A stretch of 64,000 nt of DNA. Origin: Candidatus Latescibacterota bacterium. Lineage in GTDB: Bacteria; Latescibacterota; UBA2968; UBA8231. The number at the start of each line of letters is the position of its first letter. Position 1 is the stretch's first letter. Below the pieces are notes generated by a model. That model was not told the origin of the DNA and searched no databases. It saw nothing but the letters and a program-made list of their open reading frames with translations. The stretch spans positions 3,392,001 through 3,456,000 of the forward strand of contig OZ253462.1 of NCBI GenBank assembly GCA_965261395.1, read 5' to 3'. The translations under genes and the position numbers were made by a program. Shown piece by piece: positions 49,528 to 59,021 of this stretch.

Positions 49528-50355
49528 TCACATCTGAAAGCCGCCGGCCACCAACATCGATACGCCGGTGAGGTAATCGGCTTCTTCCGAGGCGAGAAAG
49601 GCCACGGTGCGGGCCACGTCCTCGGGCGTGCCAATGCGGCCCAAGGGCGTTTGCGCTTCGAGGTCGTGGACTAGGGCAGCCGTGGTGTCGGCGTCTGGTT
49701 CGTCGCGCTGGGCGAGGCCTGCGGCGATGTAGTGGGTGCGCTCGGTGAGGGTGTTGCCCGGGCAGACGGCGTTGACGTTGATCCGGTGGGGGGCGAGCTC
49801 GCCGGCGAGGGATTGGGTAAAGCCGATGATGGCGAATTTGGATGTGCAGTACGCGGCGTAGCGAGGTATCCCTTGGCGGCCGGCCGTAGAGGACATGTTG
49901 ATTATTTTGCCGCCGTCGCCGCGGTCGATCAGGTGTCGGGCTACAGCGCGCGAGCAGAGAAAGGTGCCCTTGACGTTGACGGTTTGCACTTGGTCCCAGG
50001 CGGCTTCGCTTAGATCGACGACTGGGACGCGATCTGGCCCGGGACGCGAGCCGGCGTTGTTGACCAGTAGGTCGATGCGGCCAAAGCGGGCCAGCGCGTC
50101 TTGCACCATGCCCTCGACTTGGGTGGCATCGGATACGTCGGCCTCCACTGCGAGGGCCTGCCGTCCGGCGGCTTCGACTTCGGCGACGAGGGCGGGCAGA
50201 CCGCCCCAGCCAGACGCGCTATAGGGCTGGGCGCGCAAGTCGTTGACCACGAGGTCGCAGCCTTCGCGCGCGAGGCGCTGGCAGATGGCGCGGCCAATGC
50301 CGTGCTCGCCGCCCGCGCCGGTGACGAGGGCAACTTTGCCGTTGAGATTGTACAT
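49528..50355 (-). CDS. SDR family oxidoreductase
   Basis: VTGAGGEHGIG; LVNNAG; YCTSK (YxxxK). Confidence 0.93.
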   Translation of the reverse strand: MYNLNGKVALVTGAGGEHGIGRAICQRLAREGCDLVVNDLRAQPYSASGWGGLPALVAEVEAAGRQALAVEADVSDATQVEGMVQDALARFGRIDLLVNNAGSRPGPDRVPVVDLSEAAWDQVQTVNVKGTFLCSRAVARHLIDRGDGGKIINMSSTAGRQGIPRYAAYCTSKFAIIGFTQSLAGELAPHRINVNAVCPGNTLTERTHYIAAGLAQRDEPDADTTAALVHDLEAQTPLGRIGTPEDVARTVAFLASEEADYLTGVSMLVAGGFQM

Positions 50356-50469
50356 GAGGTTCTCCGCAGGATTAAAGAGTTGGGTGGCAGCATATATACC
50401 AGATCGGCCTCTTAGAATATGTCGATTACTTTAACTGTTCAAATTTTGACGCGCCGCAGTGGAAGACAA

Positions 50470-52410
50470 TCAGGAGACCGTGAAGCTGTTGCCGGTCATG
50501 CCGGTGAAGTAGTCAATGATAAGCCAGAACCCGGCCGAGCCGAAGCCACCTAGGACCATGCCGAGGAAGAAGGGGCGTAGCTGGGTATAGACTCGGGCAC
50601 CGCCGTACTTGAGGATGGCGGCCTTCAGCAGCCAAGCGATGAAGACCGAAAACCAGAGATGGTACATCGGCGCTGTCATGCCCAAGGTCATCCCGATGGG
50701 GTGGATCGGGAAGCCGGCGAAGCGGTTTTTGACATAGGACATGATGCCCATGAGGACCGCGCCTAGGACCGTGAAAGCCATGTGCCAGAACTGGGTCGGT
50801 TGGGGGTTGTTGAGGTTGTGGGTGATCCAGTTGCCGGTGAACGTGGGCAGACCGCTGAACTGCCAGCCGACTAGGTTGATACCGCCGTACTGGTAGGACA
50901 GTTCGACGATGGCCCAGGCAGAGCCGACTAGGGTGACGAGGATGGCTCCAACCACGGCCCAGAACAGCCGCCGTCCCTCCAGCGCCGTTTCCTGGGCTAG
51001 CTTCACGCCGGTCGCCGCCGAGGCCATCACAAAGGTGCGCACGTCCGCCGACCAAGCGAAATTCAGCCCTAGAATGGTCAGCCCTGGTGCTCCCACTAGG
51101 GAGCTGCCCAACGCATTGACCGTGAAGACGGGGGCCGCTACCGTGGCCCGGTATGAGGCTAGGCCCGTCTGGGCGATGATCCGCGTCAGCCCGATGAAGA
51201 TCACCATGGACATGGTGAGAAAGACCGCTGCCGTGAGTAGGTTTAGCCCCGCGACCAACAGCCAGACTAGCGCCAGCAGGCTGCCTAGCAGAGTGCCGAA
51301 GACAGCCGTCCGGTAGGAGAGCAATTCGCCGCGGTCGTCGACGTCCGGCGCTCCGCCGAAGGCTTTGCGCAGCACGTCCCGCAAGTGGCGGCGGCCGTGC
51401 CAGAAGCCGGCGAACACTAGGAACAACAGCGCGCCTTGGGCCATATGGGCGACGCTGGGTGAGGCTGGGTCGGAGAAGGGCTGCACCGGACCAATGCTCC
51501 AGCCGAGCATGCGCTCCAGTCCCGTCTGCAGCAGGGCGAGGAAGGCGAAAAACCAGACTCCGAACCCCACGTCTAGGCTCAGCAGATAGGAAAGGCCGAT
51601 GACCTCGAAGCGGGGCGAGCAACGCAAGTGGACCGTGTTCTGTAAGATTGGGATGGAAGCGTCTAGGTTGATTGGTGGGATGAAGTGGTAGTACTTGTGC
51701 AGCGCTTCCAGACCGTTGATCAGGAAGGGAATCAGGAAGCCAATCCACATCAAGTAGTTGCTAAAGAAAGGCGGCAGCTTCCTATCCGGCTCCTCGGTGC
51801 TCATCTCTAGGGGAAGCACGGCCATGGGAAAGAGCAGCTTCTCGCGCTCGACCCACTGTTTGCGCAGGATGACCAGCAAGCAGAGCGTGACGAAATAGAC
51901 GGTGACCGCGAAAAGACTCCAGATCAGCAGCGGCGGGCCCCAGGCACCCCAGGAGACCGGCTCGCTGCGGGTGCCGCCCTCGAAGAGCTTCCACACCGCG
52001 TCCCGGCCATCGGGCACCAGCCACGGTGGGATATGTGGCTGGATTAGCTGAGCCCATTCGTTTTCGGGCGTGGCGTAGTAGAAGAAGCCGCCCAGTAGGG
52101 GGATCAGGTTGAGGGTGAAGCCCCAAGAGGGGATGGCCGCGGCGACGATCATCATTATATAGATGGTGACCAACTCGCCGCGTCGCAGGGCCGGCCCGCC
52201 GAGCAGGCGGACCAGCGGATTGAGCAGCAAAGTAAGCGGCAGGAAGAGGAAGATCGCCGCACCGGTCGAGAAGTCGGCACCCATGGGTGAGCCGCGCAGT
52301 ACCAGCACGCCGAAGGGCTCGCCGGCGGCGATGATGAAGCTGCCAAGCAGCCCTAGGAGCACTGCCCGTCTGGATACGCCGTGACCGGCCTTTGCAGGGG
52401 CTTGTGCCAT
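50470..52410 (-). CDS. DUF6785/DUF6784-like membrane protein; paralog 4
   Basis: GSPMGADFS, YYATPENEW, LRKQWVEREKLLFP, FPIHPIG, LKYGG...RPFFLGMVLG. Confidence 0.82.
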   Translation of the reverse strand: MAQAPAKAGHGVSRRAVLLGLLGSFIIAAGEPFGVLVLRGSPMGADFSTGAAIFLFLPLTLLLNPLVRLLGGPALRRGELVTIYIMMIVAAAIPSWGFTLNLIPLLGGFFYYATPENEWAQLIQPHIPPWLVPDGRDAVWKLFEGGTRSEPVSWGAWGPPLLIWSLFAVTVYFVTLCLLVILRKQWVEREKLLFPMAVLPLEMSTEEPDRKLPPFFSNYLMWIGFLIPFLINGLEALHKYYHFIPPINLDASIPILQNTVHLRCSPRFEVIGLSYLLSLDVGFGVWFFAFLALLQTGLERMLGWSIGPVQPFSDPASPSVAHMAQGALLFLVFAGFWHGRRHLRDVLRKAFGGAPDVDDRGELLSYRTAVFGTLLGSLLALVWLLVAGLNLLTAAVFLTMSMVIFIGLTRIIAQTGLASYRATVAAPVFTVNALGSSLVGAPGLTILGLNFAWSADVRTFVMASAATGVKLAQETALEGRRLFWAVVGAILVTLVGSAWAIVELSYQYGGINLVGWQFSGLPTFTGNWITHNLNNPQPTQFWHMAFTVLGAVLMGIMSYVKNRFAGFPIHPIGMTLGMTAPMYHLWFSVFIAWLLKAAILKYGGARVYTQLRPFFLGMVLGGFGSAGFWLIIDYFTGMTGNSFTVS

Positions 52411-52650
52411 CTACTTCTCGCTGTGTGGACCCGCTGAGCTAGCAGGTTTTCCGGCCACAATCCCCGGCCCGTAATCCGCCATTGCGGTCATAATATATTC
52501 GTTGAGCAAGTGCTCCTCGTGTGCAAGGCCGAACGTCCAGATTCGGCGATACATCTCCTCGACGACGGGCTGGTATTGCGGATCAGGGGCAAGGTTCTTC
52601 ATCTGTCCGGGATCGCGTTCTAGGTCGTACAGCTCGTCGCGGTTCATCTG
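52411..52650 (-). pseudogene. C-terminal remnant of a sulfatase
   Basis: DELYDLERDPGQMKNLAPDPQYQPVVEEM resembles the sulfatase C-terminus (cf. ELYDLQRDP in 20364-21824); catalytic N-terminus absent. Confidence 0.65.
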
Positions 52651-52810
52651 TCTGCCGTGGTGCGTGCTTCCCGGCGAGATTGACCGCTCGGCAGATTCTA
52701 AGGTATATTGCGGCCCATATCCCCGTTGGCATGTCCGGCGACTCACTTCCTTTTTTGAGTGCCGCAAGGCTATCCCTGTATCATCGCTAGATAACGACAA
52801 GGAGCGCAAT

Positions 52811-53962
52811 ATGGACAAGGTGCGAATTGGTATTATCGGCCTCGGCGGCATGGGTAGCAGCCACGCCACTTATATTTCCCAAGGCCAAATCGCCGGCGCA
52901 GAACTCGCGGCCGTATCTGATATCGATCCGGCCCGGCTCGCGGGTGTGCAGGACAAATACGGCGCGGGCGTGCAAGCGTTCGCCGGGGCCGCCGCCCTGT
53001 TTGCAGCCCAATGCGTGGACGCTGTGATCGTAGCTTCCCCCCATTACTTTCACCCGCCGCTGGTGATTCAGGCTTTCGAAAACGGCCTGCACGCGATGAG
53101 CGAGAAACCGGCCGGGGTCTATACGCGCCAAGTCCGCGAGATGAACGAGGCTGCGATCAAAAGCGACCGGGTCTTTGGCATGATGTTCAACCAGCGCGCG
53201 CGCGGCGAGCATCAGAAGCTGAAGTCGCTCGTTGAGTCTGGCGAGTTAGGGCCGATTCGGCGCACGATCTACATCATCAATAGCTGGTTCCGCGCCCAGA
53301 GCTACTACGATTCGGGTGGCTGGCGGGCGACTTGGGCCGGCGAGGGCGGCGGCGTGTTGGCCAATCAGTGCCCGCACAACCTCGACCTGTGGCAGTGGAT
53401 CTGCGGAATGCCGCAGCGAGTGCGAGCCTTTTGTCGCTTTGGGCAATACCACGACATTGAGGTTGAAGACGACGTAACGGCCTACGTCGAATACGAGAAC
53501 GGAGCTACGGGTGTCTTTATTACCTCTACGGGCGAGGCTCCAGGGACCAATCGGCTGGAGATTTCAGCGGACCGCGGCAAGGTGGTGTTGGAAGGCGGCA
53601 AAATCACCTTTTGGCGCACGACGGAGTCGGCGAGCAAATTCCTCGTGGAGTGGCCGCATGGGTTTGGCAGCCCGGAGGTTTGGAAGTGCGAGATCCCAGG
53701 CGGCGGTGGCGCGGAGCACAAGGGGATTACTCAAAACTGGGTGCAGGCTATCCGCACGGGGGCACCGCTGTTGGCCGCGGGGACCGAGGGGATCAACGGC
53801 GTGGAACTAGCCAATGCGATGCTGCTTTCGACGTGGACGGACGATTGGGTACCTATTCCGGTGGACGAGGATTTGTACTACGAGGAGCTACAAAAGCGAG
53901 TAGCTAGCTCCAAGGTGAAGGAGGGGGGTGGGCAGGTGATGGATGTGCAGGGGACGTTTTAA
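52811..53962 (+). CDS. Gfo/Idh/MocA family oxidoreductase
   Basis: AAGGAG RBS; IGIIGLGGMG; SEKP; WRATWAGEGGGVLANQCPHNLD. Confidence 0.93.
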   Translation: MDKVRIGIIGLGGMGSSHATYISQGQIAGAELAAVSDIDPARLAGVQDKYGAGVQAFAGAAALFAAQCVDAVIVASPHYFHPPLVIQAFENGLHAMSEKPAGVYTRQVREMNEAAIKSDRVFGMMFNQRARGEHQKLKSLVESGELGPIRRTIYIINSWFRAQSYYDSGGWRATWAGEGGGVLANQCPHNLDLWQWICGMPQRVRAFCRFGQYHDIEVEDDVTAYVEYENGATGVFITSTGEAPGTNRLEISADRGKVVLEGGKITFWRTTESASKFLVEWPHGFGSPEVWKCEIPGGGGAEHKGITQNWVQAIRTGAPLLAAGTEGINGVELANAMLLSTWTDDWVPIPVDEDLYYEELQKRVASSKVKEGGGQVMDVQGTF

Positions 53963-54026
53963 TACGAAAAAAATTTACCCGCCGCTGGTTTGGATTTTGG
54001 TCGGTGGCCCACGATAAGGAGCGAAC

Positions 54027-54812
54027 GTGAAACTTGCGTTGATGCGAGGAGACTTGCTGTCGCCGGCAGAAATGCGGCCCGAGGGATTTGAGGCAGTGCA
54101 GATGTTTTTCGGCTGGGGAGCTGACGAGGATGCGCAGGATCCGTCGGCGGAAGATATCGATAAAGTTCTACAGGCGGCCGACATCGCGCTGGCGGCGATG
54201 ACCTTGCACGTCGATCTGGTTGGGCCAAAGGGGATGGTCCGGGACGATGTCGCAAGGCTGGTGCGCTGCGTGGAAAAGACCGCAGCGCTCGAAGGGCGTT
54301 TCGGCGACAATGCGCGGCCGGTGCTGGTGTGGCATCCGTCGGAGTATCCAGAAGAGGGCGTTGACGACCGGGCGGTGTTCGAGGGGCTATGCACAGGGCT
54401 GACGACGGCCTGCGCAACGGCCGAGAGATGTGGCGTTGTCATCGCGGTGGAAATGACGCGCGCGGGGAGCATCGACGGGGCGGAGCGCTTTTTGCGGGTG
54501 CAGGACCGGGTGGGATCCGCAGCGCTCAAAGTCTGCATGGACGCGGCGAACTTTGCGCCCGACCGCACCCCGCTGGTGCGCGCGGTGCGGATGCTCGGCC
54601 CCGACATTGCAATCGCCCACGGCAAGGATGCGCGCTTTGCCGAGAATGGCGAGGTGACTGACTACGGGCCGACGGGGTCGGGGTGCTTGGACTATCCGAC
54701 CTATATCGGCGCGTTGCAGGAATGGACACAGGTGCCCTATTTCGTCTTTGAGTACTACAAAAGTCGCGATGACATGTTGAAGGCACGCGATATTGTGCGG
54801 GCTTGTTTGTAA
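54027..54812 (+). CDS. Sugar phosphate isomerase/epimerase (xylose isomerase-like TIM barrel)
   Basis: IAVEM, CMDAAN, AHGKD, GSGCLDY, FEY motifs. Confidence 0.85.
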   Translation: MKLALMRGDLLSPAEMRPEGFEAVQMFFGWGADEDAQDPSAEDIDKVLQAADIALAAMTLHVDLVGPKGMVRDDVARLVRCVEKTAALEGRFGDNARPVLVWHPSEYPEEGVDDRAVFEGLCTGLTTACATAERCGVVIAVEMTRAGSIDGAERFLRVQDRVGSAALKVCMDAANFAPDRTPLVRAVRMLGPDIAIAHGKDARFAENGEVTDYGPTGSGCLDYPTYIGALQEWTQVPYFVFEYYKSRDDMLKARDIVRACL

Positions 54813-54890
54813 ATCATGCGTTTCCCTATGGGTAATTCTGAACAAAAGAGAACAAAGAATTCTAAATAACGGAGAATTATGAGGTGTAAT

Positions 54891-55587
54891 ATGACCGAAT
54901 CCAATAGCACAAGGAGAAGCGGGTCTCAAGCTGCCAAGAAATCTACAACAAAACGTAAGATTAGTAAACAAAAGACACCTTCGACTAAAACCCAGAAGAA
55001 ACTATAAAAGCGATGACAAGCAAAATATTGGAGAAGAATTGCATGTATCTGAAGAATACTTTAAAAAAGCAGTCAAAATAACATACGAACTTGGACTCCG
55101 TATAGGACAGGGAGTAACACGACGTCTATTCAAAGGTGAGCTTGATTCGATAGATACTCGTTTACTTGAGTGGGGTTTTGATCTGTTACTAGAAGAACGT
55201 TGGGATCTAGCATCTATCATATTTAATTTTGGCCTCAATATACCAGACAATTTTATTTCAAACGAAGACAGTAAAAAGATATATTTAATGAATCAGGCAA
55301 TAGCTTACAAATGGACTGATGAAGAAGAAAAAATGCGTGAGTTAATCGAGAGTGTGGATTGGAGTGCATCAAGTGCTCGTTTCTTACTCGTTCGTGAGGT
55401 TCTATATGACAGATTCGACTCTGCTGAGAAACTCATGGGACGAATTGGTACAGATGAGATAACAGAAGAAGATTTTCAGACATGGCCAGCCTTTAGAGTA
55501 TTTAGAGGGACGGAAGAATTTAAACGTGGATATAAGAAGATTTTCCGCAAGACCTTTACTCCACAAATACCCCAAGGAACAGTTTAG
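54891..55587 (+). pseudogene. Low-GC hypothetical gene, apparently internally deleted or frameshifted
   Basis: GAGG RBS + ATG 54891 gives a short Lys-rich peptide stopping near 55005; a second frame without a good RBS (IGEELHVSEEYF...) runs to 55587. Confidence 0.45.
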
Positions 55588-55745
55588 CGTTATAGCACTT
55601 AGAAATTGGCTTAAGATCCATGTCGGATCGTATTGAACATCGGTCTTAGAGAATCTGAACAGGCCTCTTTTGAGAGCGAGTTGCCGTACAAGAGCCGGCA
55701 CAAGGAGTTTTAAAACGATTTCTAGGCGACTAATATGGCACCTTG

Positions 55746-55780
55746 TTGACACGAGTTAACATACACGTTACCATAAATGT
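55746..55780 (+). promoter_or_regulatory. Sigma-70 promoter of the TA operon with possible operator
   Basis: TTGACA (55746-51), 17 bp, TACCAT (55769-74), 6 bp before the ATG; TAAC-N6-GTTA inverted repeat between the boxes. Confidence 0.7.
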
Positions 55781-56143
55781 ATGGTTAGAACGATTGAATT
55801 CTATCGTACGAAAGACGGGAAATGCCCAGTCATCGAATTTCTTGATCGCATAGACGGTAGGGATGCTCAGAAGATCTTATGGGTGTTCCGTCTGATCGAA
55901 CGGATCGATCACGTTCCCAAGCCGTATCTAAAGAAGCTCTCCGGCACCAATGGCATTTGGGAATGTCGGGTGAGGACGACAGGGGGAGCCTATCGCTTCT
56001 TCTCTTTTTTTGTTGAAGAAGGCAATCTAATCGTTACTCATGGATACTCGAAAAAGACCAGCAAGACGGATATGCAGCAAATTCGCCGGGCTGAACGGTA
56101 TCAGCAGGAATATTTAGCACGGAAGAAAGGGGCCTCGTTATGA
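55781..56143 (+). CDS. RelE/ParE (HigB/Gp49-like) type II toxin
   Basis: FYRTKDGKCPVIEFL...GIWECRV...YRFF...THGYSKKTSKT. Confidence 0.88.
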   Translation: MVRTIEFYRTKDGKCPVIEFLDRIDGRDAQKILWVFRLIERIDHVPKPYLKKLSGTNGIWECRVRTTGGAYRFFSFFVEEGNLIVTHGYSKKTSKTDMQQIRRAERYQQEYLARKKGASL

Positions 56144-56415
56144 GCGATGTTGAGAAATATATCTCTGCTAGGAAACAGGCAGATTCCGAATTCGTGGAGG
56201 GCTTTGAGACGGGCTATATCGATTTTGAAATAGGTGTTCTGCTCAGACAAGCCCGCGAAGCGGCAGGTCTTACCCAGGAGCAGCTTGCGGATCGGATTGG
56301 TACGAAAAAGACGGCTATTTCTCGACTGGAGAACCATGCCGATGACATCAAGCTTTCCACACTGCGGAAAGTGTCGGACGCACTTGGTCGCCGTTTGGAA
56401 CTCAGGTTACGGTAA
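56140..56415 (+). CDS. XRE-family HTH antitoxin (HigA-like)
   Basis: AREAAGLTQEQLADRIGTKKTAISRLEN; 4-bp overlap with the toxin. Confidence 0.9.
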   Translation: MSDVEKYISARKQADSEFVEGFETGYIDFEIGVLLRQAREAAGLTQEQLADRIGTKKTAISRLENHADDIKLSTLRKVSDALGRRLELRLR

Positions 56416-56464
56416 TTCCCATCCTCCGGACATAGCTAATTGGGAACGCTAGAGGAGAAAGTAG

Positions 56465-57052
56465 TTGCTCAGAAAACTTTTTGTTGTATGCGCGCTTGTC
56501 GTTGGCTTATGTGCCGGAGTCCAAGCGGAGCGTCCGGCGGGCATGGTGCTCTATTTTAAGTCTGGCGGCGAGATATTTCTGCTGCTCGCAGATCACCGAG
56601 AAAATGACAGAGGTTGGTCGGCGTACGGAGGTGGTCCCAACGAGGGTGAAAGCGCCGCGGAAACGGCGGCGAGAGAAACGGAGGAAGAGACGCGGGGATA
56701 TTTTCTGCGCGAGGATCTGCTGACTCTGATCGAGGGGCAGCAACCGGTGATAGATAGCGATGGTTTCGCCCTGTACTTCGCGGAAGTTCCATTTGTTCCG
56801 GCGCAACGTGTGACCAACAACCCGCTCCCAAGTGACGACGAATCCTACACTGAAAGAGGCCCATACGCTTGGATTCCGTACTCAGAACTCGACAGATACT
56901 TAAAAGGCCCGGTCGAGTACAAGAAAAAATATCCCATTGAAGCGACACTTCTTCCGAGTGGACAAAATACGGCATGGTTTTGGCCAATATGGCTTGGCAA
57001 TGTCTGGCTAGCTATTGAAACGGATTCTATCCCTTGGACGATCGAGCGTTAG
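56465..57052 (+). CDS. NUDIX hydrolase with predicted signal peptide
   Basis: GGAG RBS + TTG; hydrophobic N-terminus ending VQA; Nudix box GPNEGESAAETAARETEEETRG. Confidence 0.8.
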   Translation: MLRKLFVVCALVVGLCAGVQAERPAGMVLYFKSGGEIFLLLADHRENDRGWSAYGGGPNEGESAAETAARETEEETRGYFLREDLLTLIEGQQPVIDSDGFALYFAEVPFVPAQRVTNNPLPSDDESYTERGPYAWIPYSELDRYLKGPVEYKKKYPIEATLLPSGQNTAWFWPIWLGNVWLAIETDSIPWTIER

Positions 57053-57110
57053 AATTCGCGCAAAGAGATTCAACTGTGAATCGACACTCTTAAATCGACG
57101 GACATGCATT

Positions 57111-58187
57111 GTGAAAGAAATAGCCTTTACAAACTTCTATTCCTGGTCCGTCTTTAGCCAAGAGCGCCAGATTGACTTCAACGGCCATCTCTGGGTGCGG
57201 GAAGAGGGCAATGTCCTGATCGATCCGGTGCCCATGACAGCGGCTGACTTGGAGCAGTTCGACCAATTGGGCGGGGCCGCTTGGATCGTGCTGACCAATC
57301 GCGATCACGAGCGCGAAGCCGCCTTTTTCCGGGACCGCACGGGTGCCCGCATCGCCGCCCACCGCGCCGACACTGACTTGTTTGAGCAGCCACCGGACCG
57401 CCGATTGGACGACGGCGAGGAGATTGTTCTCGGGCTCCAAGTAGTACATTTGGCGCACGGCAAGAGTCCGGGGGAGATCGCCCTGTACTGGCCGGCCCTT
57501 AAGCTAATCCTAGCCGGCGATCTGGTCGTCGGCGCGCCGCTGGGCCGCATTACTTTGCTACCCGACGCCAAGCTCGCCGATCCGCCCCAAGCTGCCTTGA
57601 GCCTGCGCAAATTGCTGCAGCTCGACTTTGACGCCCTGTTGATGGGCGACGGGCATTCCGTTCTGCACGACGCTCGCCGACTGCTGCTCGAATGTTTGGA
57701 AGAACGGACCGACATTTACATCAACAAGATCAATTTGGGGGACATTCCTTGGGTGCCTTGGGGTGGGGCCGAGGGCTACCGCTGGGAGACCAAGGATATA
57801 GATCCGCTCATCGGCGGGCGGCACTTGGGCTATCGCCTCATCCGCCTGCCTGCTGGCCAGTCGACGTTCCCGCAGCACTTCCACCATTTTGAAGAGGAAA
57901 TGTTCTACATTCTCGAAGGGACTTGCACGCTGGTCGGCCCCCGTGGTCCAGTGGCGGTGGAGCGGGGCGATTTTATCGCCTGTCCACCCGGTCTTCGTAG
58001 CGCGCACAAATTCACCAACCAAGGCCAGCAACCATGCGTGCTCTTGGCCTTGAGCAATGTTCTGCCGCACGATCTGGTCCAATACCCCGATTCGGACAAG
58101 GTCTTCCCCCGGGCCTTGGGCCGACAGGGCATTTTCCGCCGCACCGACTCGGTAGATTACTGGTCTGGCGAAACCGGCTTAAAGTGA
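57111..58187 (+). CDS. MBL-fold-like domain fused to a cupin domain
   Basis: N-half VLIDP, LTNRDH, LAGD, GDG (degenerate MBL); C-half HFHHFEEEMFYILEG...AHKF (cupin). Confidence 0.8.
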   Translation: MKEIAFTNFYSWSVFSQERQIDFNGHLWVREEGNVLIDPVPMTAADLEQFDQLGGAAWIVLTNRDHEREAAFFRDRTGARIAAHRADTDLFEQPPDRRLDDGEEIVLGLQVVHLAHGKSPGEIALYWPALKLILAGDLVVGAPLGRITLLPDAKLADPPQAALSLRKLLQLDFDALLMGDGHSVLHDARRLLLECLEERTDIYINKINLGDIPWVPWGGAEGYRWETKDIDPLIGGRHLGYRLIRLPAGQSTFPQHFHHFEEEMFYILEGTCTLVGPRGPVAVERGDFIACPPGLRSAHKFTNQGQQPCVLLALSNVLPHDLVQYPDSDKVFPRALGRQGIFRRTDSVDYWSGETGLK

Positions 58188-58194
58188 GGGCAAT

Positions 58195-58944
58195 ATGAGC
58201 AACTTTTGGCGACTCAATCTGCGTTCCCAAGGCCTTGCACAGGACGAGGGCGGCCACGCTCTCTGGCAGGTGCAAACCAGCGCCCAAGAATGGGCGGCGG
58301 ACCAAACCGCGCTCTTGCTCTGCGACGTGTGGAACGGCCACTGGTGCCGAGGGGCGGTCGAGCGCCTCGACGCTATGGTAGAGCGGATGGATACAGTGGT
58401 CCAGGCGGTTCGCGCGGCCGGCGGCCTGATCGTCCACGCGCCTTCGGATACCATGGATTTTTACGCTGATGCACCGGCGCGTCAGCGTGCGCTCGCGGCA
58501 CCCCAAGTTGCGCCGCCGCCCGATGCCGAGCGCCCGGATCCACCGCTGCCGGTGGATGCCTCCGATCACGGGGCAGACACGGGCGAGACCGAGACCTATA
58601 AGGCTTGGAATCGGCAGCATCCGGGGATTGGGATCGACCAAGAGCGGGATATTATTTCGGATAAGGGGACGGAGGTGTATAGCTACTTGCAGCACCAGGG
58701 GATCGCGCATCTGCTGATTATGGGCGTCCATACCAATATGTGCGTTTTACACCGAACCTTTGCCATCAAGCAGATGGTGCGCTGGGGGGTGGATGTGGTG
58801 CTGATCCGCGACTTGACCGACGCGATGTACAATCCAGCCATGCCGCCCTACGTCAGCCACGACGCGGGCACGGGCTTGGTGATCGAGTTTATCGAAAAAT
58901 TCTGGTGTCCGAGCGTGGAAAGCAAGGATGTAATCGGGGAGTAA
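58195..58944 (+). CDS. Isochorismatase-like cysteine hydrolase
   Basis: TALLLCDVWN; MGVHTNMCV; LIRDLTD. Confidence 0.8.
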   Translation: MSNFWRLNLRSQGLAQDEGGHALWQVQTSAQEWAADQTALLLCDVWNGHWCRGAVERLDAMVERMDTVVQAVRAAGGLIVHAPSDTMDFYADAPARQRALAAPQVAPPPDAERPDPPLPVDASDHGADTGETETYKAWNRQHPGIGIDQERDIISDKGTEVYSYLQHQGIAHLLIMGVHTNMCVLHRTFAIKQMVRWGVDVVLIRDLTDAMYNPAMPPYVSHDAGTGLVIEFIEKFWCPSVESKDVIGE

Positions 58945-59021
58945 AGTTGTGCCCCATTACCCAATGGTCGCCCATACATAGGCGGCTCGCACCTAAAAGC
59001 AAACCCAAAGGAGGTGCTTTT

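Noticed and set aside
50513-51748. 411-aa alternate-frame ORF, and similar long overlapping ORFs (e.g. 32167-33195, 34942-35973, 22913-23806)
   Set aside because: They overlap well-supported genes and have the composition of non-coding frames in high-GC DNA.
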